Origin: a virus
Lineage: Duplodnaviria > Caudoviricetes
Length of the DNA: 37,978 nucleotides
Direction: 5' to 3' (one strand)
Virus record (IMG/VR): IMGVR_UViG_3300032225_000493
Span: 1-37,978 of that record
Part shown: positions 1-9,826 of the stretch, one piece after another
How the letters are laid out: each line of letters opens with the position of its first letter
How positions within the stretch are numbered: position 1 is the first letter of the stretch
The notes under the pieces: model-generated
The model's database searches: none
Told to the model about the DNA's origin: nothing
Seen by the model: the letters and a program-made list of their open reading frames with translations, nothing else
Program-made: the position numbers and the translations under genes

Positions 1-1
1 A

Positions 2-3000
2 CAACTACCTGACACAGGACGGGGCGCTGGAACTACCGCCGGTGGAGGACGAGGAACAGCTGGTGGAGCTGGTACTACTGAACAGCAGCCGGATAACGGA
101 AAAGGTAAACGCAGGGGACCCAGCGGTGTCGAAGCCGGCGGAGCCCAAGCTGGCGGAGTTGGCGGCGAAGGATCAGGAGCTGAACTGGGAGGACTTTCTG
201 ACTTAGACCTAGAAGCATTATTTAAAGACATCAATGAGTCTTTAGAAGAGAAAGAAACAAAAGGTAAGCGAGAAAAGCCAACTGGCGGGGCTAGAAAACC
301 AAGAGAAGTTAAAGAGCCGGGCGCTAAACGGGAACCTAAAGCGCCTGCTGTTGACGTTTCTCCAGAGATGCAAGCCTTGGTTGAAGAGCTAAGAATTGCT
401 TTAACTGGCAAAGCGCCACAAGTAACCAAAGAAACTACACCAGAAAACAGTCCAGAGCGCTTGGATAAACAAGTTGGTGAAGCATTGGGACGTATTGCCC
501 AAGATACAAAGAACACCAGTGATGACCCTAACAGTGGTCAATACTCACGCAAGGGTGATCAAGAGTACGCTAACGTACAGCCAATCATTCAAAAGGTATG
601 GAACTTAGCTGGAGAAACAATAAGTGATTTTAGTGCGCGAGTTAAACACATTGTTAATGTGTTGGTTCCCCAGCTAGGGAAAGCAATCGTAGCCCACATC
701 CAAACATTTATTGGCAGCCTACGTACCGTAATACAAAAGCGGCCAAAGAACCAAACGCCTGTCCAAGCTGAACCTATTGATACTGAATCACGGGTTGTCT
801 ACCTTGGTAAGTCACGGTTTGCCAGCGATGGTATTTATCTACCACGCGCACAGTCCCAACACGCTTACTCTGCATTAGAGAACCTAGAAGCGCAAGTTGG
901 TAACATTGATGAGTTTGTAGCTAATGAACTGGGTTATCCATCGGTAGAAAAGATGGCCAAGGGATTGGCGGGCTATCAGATTGATGGCTTGGCTCTGGCT
1001 ATTCAGGCCAACAAGCTTGGCAAAGGCTTCATCATTGGTGATGACACCGGCGTAGGTAAAGGCCGTGCAGCTGCTGCCATGATCGTTTGGGCTAAGAAGA
1101 ACGGAAAGATCCCTGTCTTTGTGACTGTTAATGATTCAATGTACACATCCATGTACGAGGACTTAATTAACATTGGTCATGAAGAGTTCAAGATTGGCAT
1201 GACCAATAACAACGCTGCTATTTCTAGGAATATGGGCGGCGGTAAGATCAAGACTGTATTTGAGAACAAGGGTAAAGATGGCCCTGAGTTGATGGCTTAC
1301 ATCAAAAAGAACGGTGCATTGCCAAAAGGCATGGACGTTTTGTTTACAGCCTACTCTCAGTTAAACGGTGGAGCTGGCTCTCCTCAACGTCAAGATGCCA
1401 TAGCGTCTTTGGTAGCCCAAGGCAAAGCTGTCTTGATTATGGACGAGGCTCATAACGCAGCTGGTGTGCCATCTGATACAGAGTCTAGGGGCCAGAACGC
1501 ATTCTTTATGTCTTTGCTTACAGGTATAGACTTGCTTGGCAAAGATGTAGAGACTCCAGAAGACTGGACACCACCACCAGCGGTTTATTTGTCTGCCACG
1601 TTTGCAAAGCGTCCAGACAACATGCCACTCTACATCCATACCAACTTGCGGTATGCGGCTAACACTCCAGAAGAGCTGACCACTTTGTTTGGTAAGGGCG
1701 TTAAGACAGACGTTCTGCAACAGGTTTCCTCTGAGATGTTGGTGGAGTCTGGCTCTATGCTTCGCCGCGAGAGATCGTATGAAGGCGTGACGATGGAGTT
1801 TGTGACGGATGATGAGAACGCACCGCGCGACATTCGTGAAGTTGACAAGGTAACAACCATCCTTAGAGCGTTGGTCAATGCTGACCGTGCTTTGAAAGAA
1901 TGGTCAAAAGATCCTGCAAATCAAGCGTTAATTATTTTTAACCTTGGCCCTCCCGGCTCCATGATGGGTAAAGAAGGACCGGGCGTCTTTAAAGAAGCCA
2001 AAGGCAACCCTTTCACTTCCGTAGTTCACAACTACATCGGTACTTTACTGCTGTCTGCAAAGACTCAGACTGCCGTAGACATGGTGGTGGACAAGATGAA
2101 CAACGGCGAGAAGGTCGTTGTTGGCTTGCAGAATACCAATGGTAGTGCGCTAGATGATTTTGTTGCAAAGAACGGCATCAAGATTGGCGATGAGATTCCC
2201 AACTTTGGCTGGCAGACTTTGCTTCAGCGAGCAATTGATTCGACTAGAAGAATCACATTGAAGGCGGCTACTGGCAATCCAAAAGACAATGTCAAGGTAG
2301 AGATTCCATACTCATTGATGCCTCCGTCAGTCAGAGCCGGCTACGACAATCTGGCGGATATGGTCAAGGACTTTCAGTCTGATCTACCTGTTGCACCTAT
2401 TGATTACATGCGTACACAGCTTGAGGGTAAGTACGTTTGGAACATTGGTGACAAGACCGTTGTGGGTAATGAACCTCCAGCGGGAGTTAAGGCTCGCCGC
2501 TTGGTGGTCAAGGAGATTACTGGCCGTAACACAGCCGTAGATTACAGCGGTGATACACCTAAGTACATGGCTTTAGATAACCCAGAGCGTGTAGAGATGA
2601 TCTCTTCATTCCAGAACGGTGAAGAATCAGAGAACGGTCCAATTGATGTATTGATCATTAACTCTGCTGGTGCGACTGGTATCTCGTTACACGCATCCGT
2701 TGAAGCTTTTGATCAGCGCCCACGCCACATGGTTGTGCTCCAGCCTCATGGAGACATTAGCGTGTTCATCCAGTTGCTGGGTCGTATCCACCGCACTGGT
2801 CAGGTCGAGTGGCCTTCATTCACGATGTTGGCTACCGGCATTCCAGCCGAGCGCCGCATCTTAGCCATGCTCCGTAAAAAGCTGTCTAGCTTAAAGTCCA
2901 ATACTTCAGGTGGCTCTAGCAGCACAAAGGTAAATGGCGTTGACTTCATTAACAGATATGGTGACGTTGCTACTGCTGAATACTTGAACGAACATGCTGA

Positions 3001-6000
3001 CATTCGCGCATTCTTAGCCCAGCAATCATATGCAGATCCTGACGAAGCCGCCGGCACAGACTTGGCTCACAAAGCCTCTGGTACAGCTGGCCTTCTGTCC
3101 TCTTCCGATCAGCAAGAGTTCTTTGACTCCATCGAAGCTAGTTACTTGGCTAATATTGAGCTGCGTAACGCAACGGGAACTAACGCCTTGGAGCGCCGGG
3201 TTCTGCCGCTTAACGCTGAGATGATCAAAGAGAACCTGATCGAGGAAGGCTTGGACAGCTCTAATCCATTCTTAGCAGATGTGGTGATGGCTCAGTTCAA
3301 TGTAGATGTGATTGGGTCAATCCCCACACAGAAAAACATTGAAGACGATATAGCCCAAGCTTTGAATGGCCGTACCGCCCAACAAGTCGTAGAAGAGATT
3401 GATACAGACCTGAACACTATCTTTGTTGAAGTGCGTAATCAGATCATCTTGAAACAGCAAGCTTTGAGCGCCGCTATTGCCGCACCGGGAGCTACTGAGA
3501 AAGATATTGCAGAGGCAACAAAGCAAAAAGAAGCTTTGGACATACAGTTTGCCACTCTTGGTGAGCGTAGAGAAAAGACTTTAAGCGCTTTGAGGAATCA
3601 GTTTGCCATTGGTACTGGCTTTGATTCATTCATGATTAACAACGTGCCAGCCGGTGCTGTTGTTATCGGTGTTAAGGTGGACAAGGCTAGGATTGGTAAG
3701 TCAAAGACTGGCAACCCATACTCGCCTTCTAACTTCCAAATCATCATTAAGCGCAACATCCCAGAGGGCCGAGTAGCTCCTACGTTGGCTACCCTTGAAG
3801 GACCAAGCATTGAGCGAAGCGTTCCAATGCGTAGACCTCCACTAGACGAATGGTTTGCTCTGAAGTCAGTGACGGGCGGTCGTACTACTCGTTATATTGC
3901 ACTTGGTAACATCTTAAAAGCAGCCCAGCTGTTTGACAGAGATGGTGGTGAGATTGCAAAGTTCACCGTCATGAATCAGTTGGAGCCAGTCTCCGGCGTG
4001 GTCATGCCTGTTAAGTACCAGCCTGTTGCTATCAGCGAGCAGCCTGTGCGTATGCGTAACGCTAATGCTGCAGTGCAATATACGTTAGCTGCTTGGAATG
4101 AAATCCTACGCAACAAGTATGACGCCACTCAGATGGAAGATTACAAAAACATAGCAGATAGTTTGGGGCAGTTTATGTTGCCAAACTTGCCCAGCTTTGC
4201 GCCGTATGCAGAAAACTCAAAGAACTCTTACACCAGCAAAGTTGTTCGTGGTGCTAACAACATTTGGACATTAACGTTAGACGGCTACAGGCCGACTGGC
4301 TTTAGGTTGTCTATCTCTGGTGATGCTCCAAAGAAGTTTGTAACGTCTATCAAAGGCGTTACGCTGGCTAAGAAAAAAGGTGGTCCTTATGAGATGTCCC
4401 CACGGGATGTTATTGCAGACCCAGCAAACCTTATCGCCCTGATTAAAAACCTACACAAGCAGTACCCTGCCACAGTGGAAGCTGACGCTGGTCAACTTGC
4501 CCGTGACGTAATGAAAGTCGAGTTTGATGACAGCGAGTCCAAGAAGGGTATGTTCTCTCGCGCGATCCCAGAGGGCGGTCAGAGCGTTGAGGACGTAGAA
4601 GCGCAGATCAAAGCCATCAAGGGTATCAATGTTAAAGTGGTTCAGTCTGCTGATAACTTGCCTGACGCAGCTGCTCCCTCAGATGTAGAGGGCGCTTGGT
4701 TCTCAGGTAACACTGTTTACTTGGTGGCTGATAACCTACCAAATGCCAAGCGCGTTCAAGAAGTGTTGGCCCATGAAGGTATTGGTCACGCCGCAATGGA
4801 GGGCATGTTGGGCTCTGACCTAATGAAGGTCATGGTTCAGAACGTTCAGAACTTAGAGAAGACTTCTAAGGTTGTTCAAGAAATTGCCGCCCGTGTAGAC
4901 AAGACCCAGCCCGGTTTAACAGCCGAGCGCCGCGCCAAAGAGATTGTTGCCATGATGGCAGAGCGTGGAATGCACAACAGCTTCATCCAGCGAATCATTA
5001 AAGCTATCCGTGGTTGGTTGCGTAATAGTGGGTTTACTCTGCAGTTCTCTGATAGTGACATTATTTCTTTGTTGCAGAACGCTGAAAAATACGCTGGTGA
5101 AAGATCAACTGCAGCCGGTGACGTTTTGTACTCCAGAAACTACAAAGGCGCTGCAGGAGCGTTGGCTACATGGAATGCCGAAGATGAGCTTAAGATGTCG
5201 GACACACTTGTTTACAAGTACATCGACAAGCACATTGACACCAAGCGTGTCGTTGAAGCCATCAAGATGGAAGCTGGCCGTATTGAAGACAACTGGAACC
5301 CTTACCTTCAAGAAGAGTTGTTCCACGGCAGAACAGCCAAGCAGACCATAGACTTCCTGCAAGATGACCTGCGTCCTTTGCTTGAGGATATGGGCAAGCG
5401 CGGCGTTACGTTAGATGATTTCAATGCTTATCTGCATAACAGACATGCAAAAGCTCGTAATGACTTTATTGCTAAACGTGACCCAGCCAAGCCTGATGGT
5501 GGATCTGGCCTGTTTAACGATGAAGTAGACACCTACATGGATGCTTTGGATGCAAATCCATCGCTTAAGAAAACATACGAAGAGCTTGCTCAAAAGATTG
5601 ACAAGATCATTGATGATACTCAAACATTGTTAGTGTCATCTGGTTTGGAAAAGCAAAGCACGATTGATAACTGGCGTGAGAGCCTGCCTTTTTATGTGCC
5701 TTTAAACCGTGAGCCTGATGAACTTGACTTTATCAATGCAAGCAGTGGTATGGGCCAAGGCTTTGCAGTAAAAGGTTCATTTACTAAGTCTGCAGTAGGA
5801 TCGTTTAAAACTGTTAGTGACATTATTGCAAGCATTGCACTTGCGCGTGAACGTGCCATCGTTCGTGCAGAGAAGGTGCGTGTTGGCCGTGCGCTGTATG
5901 CACTGGCCATCCAGAACCCTAATCCTAACTTCTGGAAGCCAATCAACCCTGACGCCATCAAAAACAAGACCAAGCTTATTGATGAGTTAGTTGGCATGGG

Positions 6001-7867
6001 GATGAACCCAGCTGACGCAAACAACATTTTCCAAGAGCCAAAGACTGGTTCTATTGACTCAAAGACTGGCCTTGTTAAGTACGCGGTCAATCCAAACATG
6101 CGTAACTCGCCTAACGTATTGGCATTGCGTATCAATGGTGAAGACCGCTATGTGTTCTTTAACCCCGGGAATCCTATTGCCAAGCGCATGGTGGAAACCC
6201 TTAAGAACATGGGCACGAACGATCTGGATGAGGTTTTGAGTAGCGTAGCAGAAGTAACCCGCTTCATTGCTGCGGCCAATACTCAGTACAACCCTGTGTT
6301 TGGTGCGTGGAACTTTGCGCGTGACGTTCAAGGCGCTGCGATTAACTTGTCTAGTACGCCTATTGCTAATCGTAGAGGTCAGGTTATTGCTGACTCGATG
6401 ATTGCTGTTAGAGCTATTTATCGCGTCCTGCGCGGTAAGCCGGCCACAAACCCAGCGATGCAGGGATGGATGGACTTGTTTGAGAAATTCCAGAAGGCTG
6501 GTGGCCAGACAGGATTCCGCGAACAGTTTAGCCGTGGTAAAGGTAGCGACACAATTGTTACGCGCGAGTTAAGTCGCCTTAACCAAGGTAATGCTAAAAA
6601 AGCCGCCCAAGCTGTCTTTGATTGGCTGTCTGACTATAACGATGCGATGGAGAATGCTGTCCGTCTGGCTGCATTCAAAGCCGCGTTGGATGAAAATATA
6701 TCCCTTGATCAGTCAGCAAGCATAGCTAAGAACATCACTGTTAACTTTAACCGCAAGGGTGCAAGCACTCAAACGATTGCCGCCTTGTATGCGTTCTTTA
6801 ACGCAAGCGTACAAGGTACCAAGCGGTTAGGTGAAACACTGCTTACCAAAAACAAAGACGGCAAGCTGGTACTAAGCTCTGTTGGCAAGAAGATTATTGC
6901 CGGTGGTATGTTCATCGGTGTTATGCAAGCTGCCCTTCTGGCTGCAGCCGGCTTTGGCGGAGATGATCCTCCTGAGTGGGTTAAGTCAAAAAACTTGGTT
7001 ATCCCAGTTGGCGATGGTAAGTACATTACTGTCCCCATGCCGCTTGGATTTAACGTCTTCCCTAACATTGGTAGACTGGTTGCTGAGTACATGATGATTC
7101 AGTCTGGCGCGATGAATGGTAGACGCGACATCCAAAAGACGGTTACTAGCATCTTCTCTGCAATGTTGGATTCTGTTAATCCGCTTGGTTCCAGCACGTT
7201 TGCTCAAACACTGGCGCCAACCATTGTTGATCCATTTGTTGCGATTGCCGAGAACAAAGATGCCTTTGGACGTCCCATCTCTAAGGAAGACAAAGCTCTT
7301 GCACCTTCGCCCGGATACGCGCGTAGCCGTGATACTGCAAACTTTGTGTCCCAAGGTTTGGCTTACGCGCTGAACTTTATCACTGGTGGTGGCGATAAAG
7401 GAATTGGCTTGGTCAGCCCTACGGCGGATCAGATCAGTTATATAGCCGGCCAGTATGCTGGTGGTGTGGGTAAACTTGTTGTCCAGACTGCTGAATACGC
7501 TAAAGCCAAAGTTACTGGTTCCGAGGTCCAGAACTACCAAGTGCCAGTGCTAGGCAAGGTTTACGGCGACATTAACACGCCTGCAGCGATTGCCGGTAAG
7601 TTCTACGACAGCATCAAAGTTATGGCCAATCATGAAAGAATTATCAAAGACATGAAGGGCAAGGGCGTAGAGGCTTACTACAAAGAAAACCATGAAGCCA
7701 GACTGTGGCGCAGGGCTAACTACGTAGAGAACGAGATTGTTAAGCTGAAGAAAGAAAAAAAGGACCTTGTTGCAAAGAATGCACCAGAGGCCCAGATTAA
7801 ACGCAAGGATGAAGCCATCAAGCAAAAGATGGAAGCGTTTAACAAAGAAGTTAGCAGGGTCCAATAA
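2..7867 (+). CDS. Giant polyvalent protein, 5'-truncated (Strawberry-notch-like SF2 helicase + zincin-like motif + LPD38-like C-terminus), probable internal virion/ejection protein
   Basis: The frame is open from base 2, upstream of the listed ATG at 368, so the gene starts before the window. Walker A GFIIGDDTGVGKGR (~1025-1066), DEAH (1442), YLSATFA, and the helicase-C motifs IINSAGATGISLHA / IQLLGRIHRTGQ / AERR match the Strawberry notch family. LAHEGIGH at ~4766-4789. The C-terminal PEWVKSKNLVIP...VPMPLGFN region resembles LPD38. Confidence 0.85.
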   Translation, partial: QLPDTGRGAGTTAGGGRGTAGGAGTTEQQPDNGKGKRRGPSGVEAGGAQAGGVGGEGSGAELGGLSDLDLEALFKDINESLEEKETKGKREKPTGGARKPREVKEPGAKREPKAPAVDVSPEMQALVEELRIALTGKAPQVTKETTPENSPERLDKQVGEALGRIAQDTKNTSDDPNSGQYSRKGDQEYANVQPIIQKVWNLAGETISDFSARVKHIVNVLVPQLGKAIVAHIQTFIGSLRTVIQKRPKNQTPVQAEPIDTESRVVYLGKSRFASDGIYLPRAQSQHAYSALENLEAQVGNIDEFVANELGYPSVEKMAKGLAGYQIDGLALAIQANKLGKGFIIGDDTGVGKGRAAAAMIVWAKKNGKIPVFVTVNDSMYTSMYEDLINIGHEEFKIGMTNNNAAISRNMGGGKIKTVFENKGKDGPELMAYIKKNGALPKGMDVLFTAYSQLNGGAGSPQRQDAIASLVAQGKAVLIMDEAHNAAGVPSDTESRGQNAFFMSLLTGIDLLGKDVETPEDWTPPPAVYLSATFAKRPDNMPLYIHTNLRYAANTPEELTTLFGKGVKTDVLQQVSSEMLVESGSMLRRERSYEGVTMEFVTDDENAPRDIREVDKVTTILRALVNADRALKEWSKDPANQALIIFNLGPPGSMMGKEGPGVFKEAKGNPFTSVVHNYIGTLLLSAKTQTAVDMVVDKMNNGEKVVVGLQNTNGSALDDFVAKNGIKIGDEIPNFGWQTLLQRAIDSTRRITLKAATGNPKDNVKVEIPYSLMPPSVRAGYDNLADMVKDFQSDLPVAPIDYMRTQLEGKYVWNIGDKTVVGNEPPAGVKARRLVVKEITGRNTAVDYSGDTPKYMALDNPERVEMISSFQNGEESENGPIDVLIINSAGATGISLHASVEAFDQRPRHMVVLQPHGDISVFIQLLGRIHRTGQVEWPSFTMLATGIPAERRILAMLRKKLSSLKSNTSGGSSSTKVNGVDFINRYGDVATAEYLNEHADIRAFLAQQSYADPDEAAGTDLAHKASGTAGLLSSSDQQEFFDSIEASYLANIELRNATGTNALERRVLPLNAEMIKENLIEEGLDSSNPFLADVVMAQFNVDVIGSIPTQKNIEDDIAQALNGRTAQQVVEEIDTDLNTIFVEVRNQIILKQQALSAAIAAPGATEKDIAEATKQKEALDIQFATLGERREKTLSALRNQFAIGTGFDSFMINNVPAGAVVIGVKVDKARIGKSKTGNPYSPSNFQIIIKRNIPEGRVAPTLATLEGPSIERSVPMRRPPLDEWFALKSVTGGRTTRYIALGNILKAAQLFDRDGGEIAKFTVMNQLEPVSGVVMPVKYQPVAISEQPVRMRNANAAVQYTLAAWNEILRNKYDATQMEDYKNIADSLGQFMLPNLPSFAPYAENSKNSYTSKVVRGANNIWTLTLDGYRPTGFRLSISGDAPKKFVTSIKGVTLAKKKGGPYEMSPRDVIADPANLIALIKNLHKQYPATVEADAGQLARDVMKVEFDDSESKKGMFSRAIPEGGQSVEDVEAQIKAIKGINVKVVQSADNLPDAAAPSDVEGAWFSGNTVYLVADNLPNAKRVQEVLAHEGIGHAAMEGMLGSDLMKVMVQNVQNLEKTSKVVQEIAARVDKTQPGLTAERRAKEIVAMMAERGMHNSFIQRIIKAIRGWLRNSGFTLQFSDSDIISLLQNAEKYAGERSTAAGDVLYSRNYKGAAGALATWNAEDELKMSDTLVYKYIDKHIDTKRVVEAIKMEAGRIEDNWNPYLQEELFHGRTAKQTIDFLQDDLRPLLEDMGKRGVTLDDFNAYLHNRHAKARNDFIAKRDPAKPDGGSGLFNDEVDTYMDALDANPSLKKTYEELAQKIDKIIDDTQTLLVSSGLEKQSTIDNWRESLPFYVPLNREPDELDFINASSGMGQGFAVKGSFTKSAVGSFKTVSDIIASIALARERAIVRAEKVRVGRALYALAIQNPNPNFWKPINPDAIKNKTKLIDELVGMGMNPADANNIFQEPKTGSIDSKTGLVKYAVNPNMRNSPNVLALRINGEDRYVFFNPGNPIAKRMVETLKNMGTNDLDEVLSSVAEVTRFIAAANTQYNPVFGAWNFARDVQGAAINLSSTPIANRRGQVIADSMIAVRAIYRVLRGKPATNPAMQGWMDLFEKFQKAGGQTGFREQFSRGKGSDTIVTRELSRLNQGNAKKAAQAVFDWLSDYNDAMENAVRLAAFKAALDENISLDQSASIAKNITVNFNRKGASTQTIAALYAFFNASVQGTKRLGETLLTKNKDGKLVLSSVGKKIIAGGMFIGVMQAALLAAAGFGGDDPPEWVKSKNLVIPVGDGKYITVPMPLGFNVFPNIGRLVAEYMMIQSGAMNGRRDIQKTVTSIFSAMLDSVNPLGSSTFAQTLAPTIVDPFVAIAENKDAFGRPISKEDKALAPSPGYARSRDTANFVSQGLAYALNFITGGGDKGIGLVSPTADQISYIAGQYAGGVGKLVVQTAEYAKAKVTGSEVQNYQVPVLGKVYGDINTPAAIAGKFYDSIKVMANHERIIKDMKGKGVEAYYKENHEARLWRRANYVENEIVKLKKEKKDLVAKNAPEAQIKRKDEAIKQKMEAFNKEVSRVQ
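3..206 (+). CDS. Putative overprinted ORF (+1 frame) inside the giant gene, 5'-truncated
   Basis: Frame 3 reads NYLTQDGALELPPVEDEEQLVELVLLNSSRITEKVNAGDPAVSKPAEPKLAELAAKDQELNWEDFLT-stop (TAG 204-206) with G/C-ending codons. The giant frame is Gly-rich over this span. Confidence 0.5.
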   Translation, partial: NYLTQDGALELPPVEDEEQLVELVLLNSSRITEKVNAGDPAVSKPAEPKLAELAAKDQELNWEDFLT

Positions 7868-8138
7868 TCCCTTGCTCAAAGAAAAGACCCAGAGTTTTGC
7901 GGTGTGCTTCTTCCCACATTTCAACCCTCTGGGCTTTATCCATCTTAGAGCCTTGGTCCAAGTCGCTGTGACACCTAAAACATAATGACGCTATGCGGTA
8001 GTCGTGAGCCTTCAGGCCACGGCCTTTGCCGTCCCGCAGCTGGTTACTGTGGGCGGCTACCACTGTTCCGTCACTCACCCCGCAGTGTTGGCACGGTAGG
8101 AGCCTTGCGGCTTCGAGTAGTTTTTTGTTTCGGTACAT
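7851..8138 (-). CDS. HNH-like Zn-binding nuclease (DUF1364/Ref-like)
   Basis: MYRNKKLLEAAR..PCQHCG..TVVAAHSN..GKGRGLKAHD..LCFRCH; start re-assigned to ATG 8138. Confidence 0.75.
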   Translation of the reverse strand: MYRNKKLLEAARLLPCQHCGVSDGTVVAAHSNQLRDGKGRGLKAHDYRIASLCFRCHSDLDQGSKMDKAQRVEMWEEAHRKTLGLFFEQGIIGPC

Positions 8139-8274
8139 TTTTCTTCTTTGGTTTGCAATCAAAGCACACCCAGCGATTGCTCTTTGGGTCCACAAGTCTG
8201 CCGTTGTCTAGGGATTTGGAGTGCTCACAGCTGGCGCAGTAGCGTTTACCGTATATCCTCATGTTTTCTGACAT
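8071..8274 (-). CDS. Small Zn-finger protein
   Basis: CASC...CFDC pairs and basic tail; sits in the operon chain. Confidence 0.55.
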   Translation of the reverse strand: MSENMRIYGKRYCASCEHSKSLDNGRLVDPKSNRWVCFDCKPKKKNVPKQKTTRSRKAPTVPTLRGE

Positions 8275-8455
8275 TGCGTTTGCCTTTCTTAATTGCAGCC
8301 AGTCCTTCTTCGGGCTCTTTGTCTCGGGCTTCCATCCATTGATCGGCTATGTCATGAGCTGCTTCGGCTAAGTTCTCACCTTCCCTGTTGCGGATGATGA
8401 GCCCAGCCAAAGCAAACATAGACGCCAGATCACGCAGATTGGTGTCATGTTCCAT
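8246..8455 (-). CDS. Hypothetical phage protein (LRDxxA...ADxxxxAR family)
   Basis: LRDLASMFALAG..AHDIADQWMEAR; similar to 13628..13876. Confidence 0.7.
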   Translation of the reverse strand: MEHDTNLRDLASMFALAGLIIRNREGENLAEAAHDIADQWMEARDKEPEEGLAAIKKGKRNVRKHEDIR

Positions 8456-8688
8456 CAGTGAACCTCTCTACCTTTGTCTGCTTCTAAAACGGCTTGATAG
8501 CATTGCTTCATGCAGTACACAAATACTTGTTCTGGCATCTTTAACTCCATGGCAATTATGCTGGCCACATGAGCCAATGCTGAAATAGCGGCTTCGGGAG
8601 CAACATTTTCAACGTTCATAACAACAGCAAGAACGTCATCGGCCAACTTGCTGGTGCGTTTGATTTCGTCATCGTTAATGTCCATCAC
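8455..8688 (-). CDS. Hypothetical protein
   Basis: 77 aa ORF with overlapping start/stop coupling. Confidence 0.7.
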   Translation of the reverse strand: MMDINDDEIKRTSKLADDVLAVVMNVENVAPEAAISALAHVASIIAMELKMPEQVFVYCMKQCYQAVLEADKGREVH

Positions 8689-8957
8689 ATCTCCAGTTCT
8701 TTGATTTGATCAGCCAACACATCGGCCAAGTACTTACCGCGAATGGCAATGTGCTCGATCTCTTTGCAGGCATCAATCTCTTTAACACAGTCTTTGAGCG
8801 CCTTGTTATACCCGGACTTGAATTTATCGTCACCATCAATGATCATGCAAATAGCGTCCCGCACCATGCTAGATGCTTTACGTTGTTTAGCAAGCTCTTT
8901 GATTTTGTCGTAATACTCTATTGGTAAGTAAACGCTGTAAGGGATTAGTTTCTTCAT
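8685..8957 (-). CDS. Ribbon-helix-helix-like DNA-binding protein
   Basis: MKKLIPYSVYLPIEYYDKIKELAKQRKASSMVRDAI has the beta-alpha-alpha RHH pattern; ATGA overlap with the upstream gene. Confidence 0.6.
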   Translation of the reverse strand: MKKLIPYSVYLPIEYYDKIKELAKQRKASSMVRDAICMIIDGDDKFKSGYNKALKDCVKEIDACKEIEHIAIRGKYLADVLADQIKELEM

Positions 8958-9376
8958 GCTTTCCTCCAAGCTTCAAAGCTCGTTCGCAATTGATTAAATA
9001 AATGGCGGGCTTCTTCGTTGGTCTTAAGCTCTTTGCGAGACTCTATGTCCAAGTAGGATGAAATCCACTGGGCACAAGCCTTCTCATTCTTTTCCATCAG
9101 CCACTCTTTCTGGTGCAGCCACTCCCAAAAGTCTGGGTCACGGCACAGAATGCCGGCCAGCTTCACCGCATGATCGCCCGGAAATTCGTTCTCTCGGTTC
9201 ATTGGTTGTTCATCGTCACCCAGTCTGACCATCACAACAACGTAGCGCGAGCCTACAAAGTCGCGCATGAGGTCGTTGTGAATCTCATCAGGGTGAACAG
9301 CCAAAGACAACATATAGCCATCCTTGGATTGTTTTAGGCCAGTCTTAATTGCCTCAAACTGAATTGGATCGGACAA
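8954..9376 (-). CDS. Conserved-type phage hypothetical protein
   Basis: 140 aa ORF, TTG start, coupled to neighbours. Confidence 0.75.
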   Translation of the reverse strand: MSDPIQFEAIKTGLKQSKDGYMLSLAVHPDEIHNDLMRDFVGSRYVVVMVRLGDDEQPMNRENEFPGDHAVKLAGILCRDPDFWEWLHQKEWLMEKNEKACAQWISSYLDIESRKELKTNEEARHLFNQLRTSFEAWRKA

Positions 9377-9563
9377 TTTTTAACTCCAAGTATTTGATCA
9401 CGCCTACAGACATGGTCAACTGTTCTTCCAGCTTGCCAATCTGTTCTTCAAGATTGTCAATCTTTGCTTCAAGCTTGGCTTCGTCTTTAATTGACGCCTG
9501 TAAAGCATCATCAAGGACGGAGCAGACCTTTTCCCACTGCTTAACTGTTTTAGGCTTAGTCAT
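9354..9563 (-). CDS. Small coiled-coil protein
   Basis: Heptad pattern LEAKIDNLEEQIGKLEEQL. Confidence 0.7.
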   Translation of the reverse strand: MTKPKTVKQWEKVCSVLDDALQASIKDEAKLEAKIDNLEEQIGKLEEQLTMSVGVIKYLELKIVRSNSV

Positions 9564-9816
9564 CCCACGGGTCCTTTCCGGGTGCAGACTCTTCTGGCTT
9601 CTTGTAAGTATTAACCTTCAAGCCAACCTTACGATTGCCGTCTTTGTCTTTGGAAAGCCATGCGTCAAGCTTGATCACAACGTGATCTGACTCTGCATTG
9701 GCCATGAGCTCCTTCATCAAGGCCAACTCAATCTTGATGTCACCAACCATGTCCGGCTGCATGTCTTTCTTTTTGTACTTGTTGCTCCACAAAGTACCGC
9801 GATTTGGATAGTCCAT
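9556..9816 (-). CDS. Putative ssDNA-binding protein (DUF736-like OB fold)
   Basis: NRGTLWSNKYK..QPDMVGDI..LDAW, acidic/aromatic C-tail DPWDD; directly downstream of ERF; RBS AAGGAG. Confidence 0.6.
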   Translation of the reverse strand: MDYPNRGTLWSNKYKKKDMQPDMVGDIKIELALMKELMANAESDHVVIKLDAWLSKDKDGNRKVGLKVNTYKKPEESAPGKDPWDD

Positions 9817-9826
9817 TAATTACTCC

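Noticed and set aside
368-370. ATG 368 as the start of the giant gene
   Set aside because: There is no clear RBS, and the frame is open back to base 2.
1361-7924. Many antisense and alternate-frame ORFs inside the giant gene (and likewise in portal, TerL and helicase)
   Set aside because: They are shadow ORFs expected from codon bias, with no RBS and no compositional shift in the main frame, unlike 3-206.
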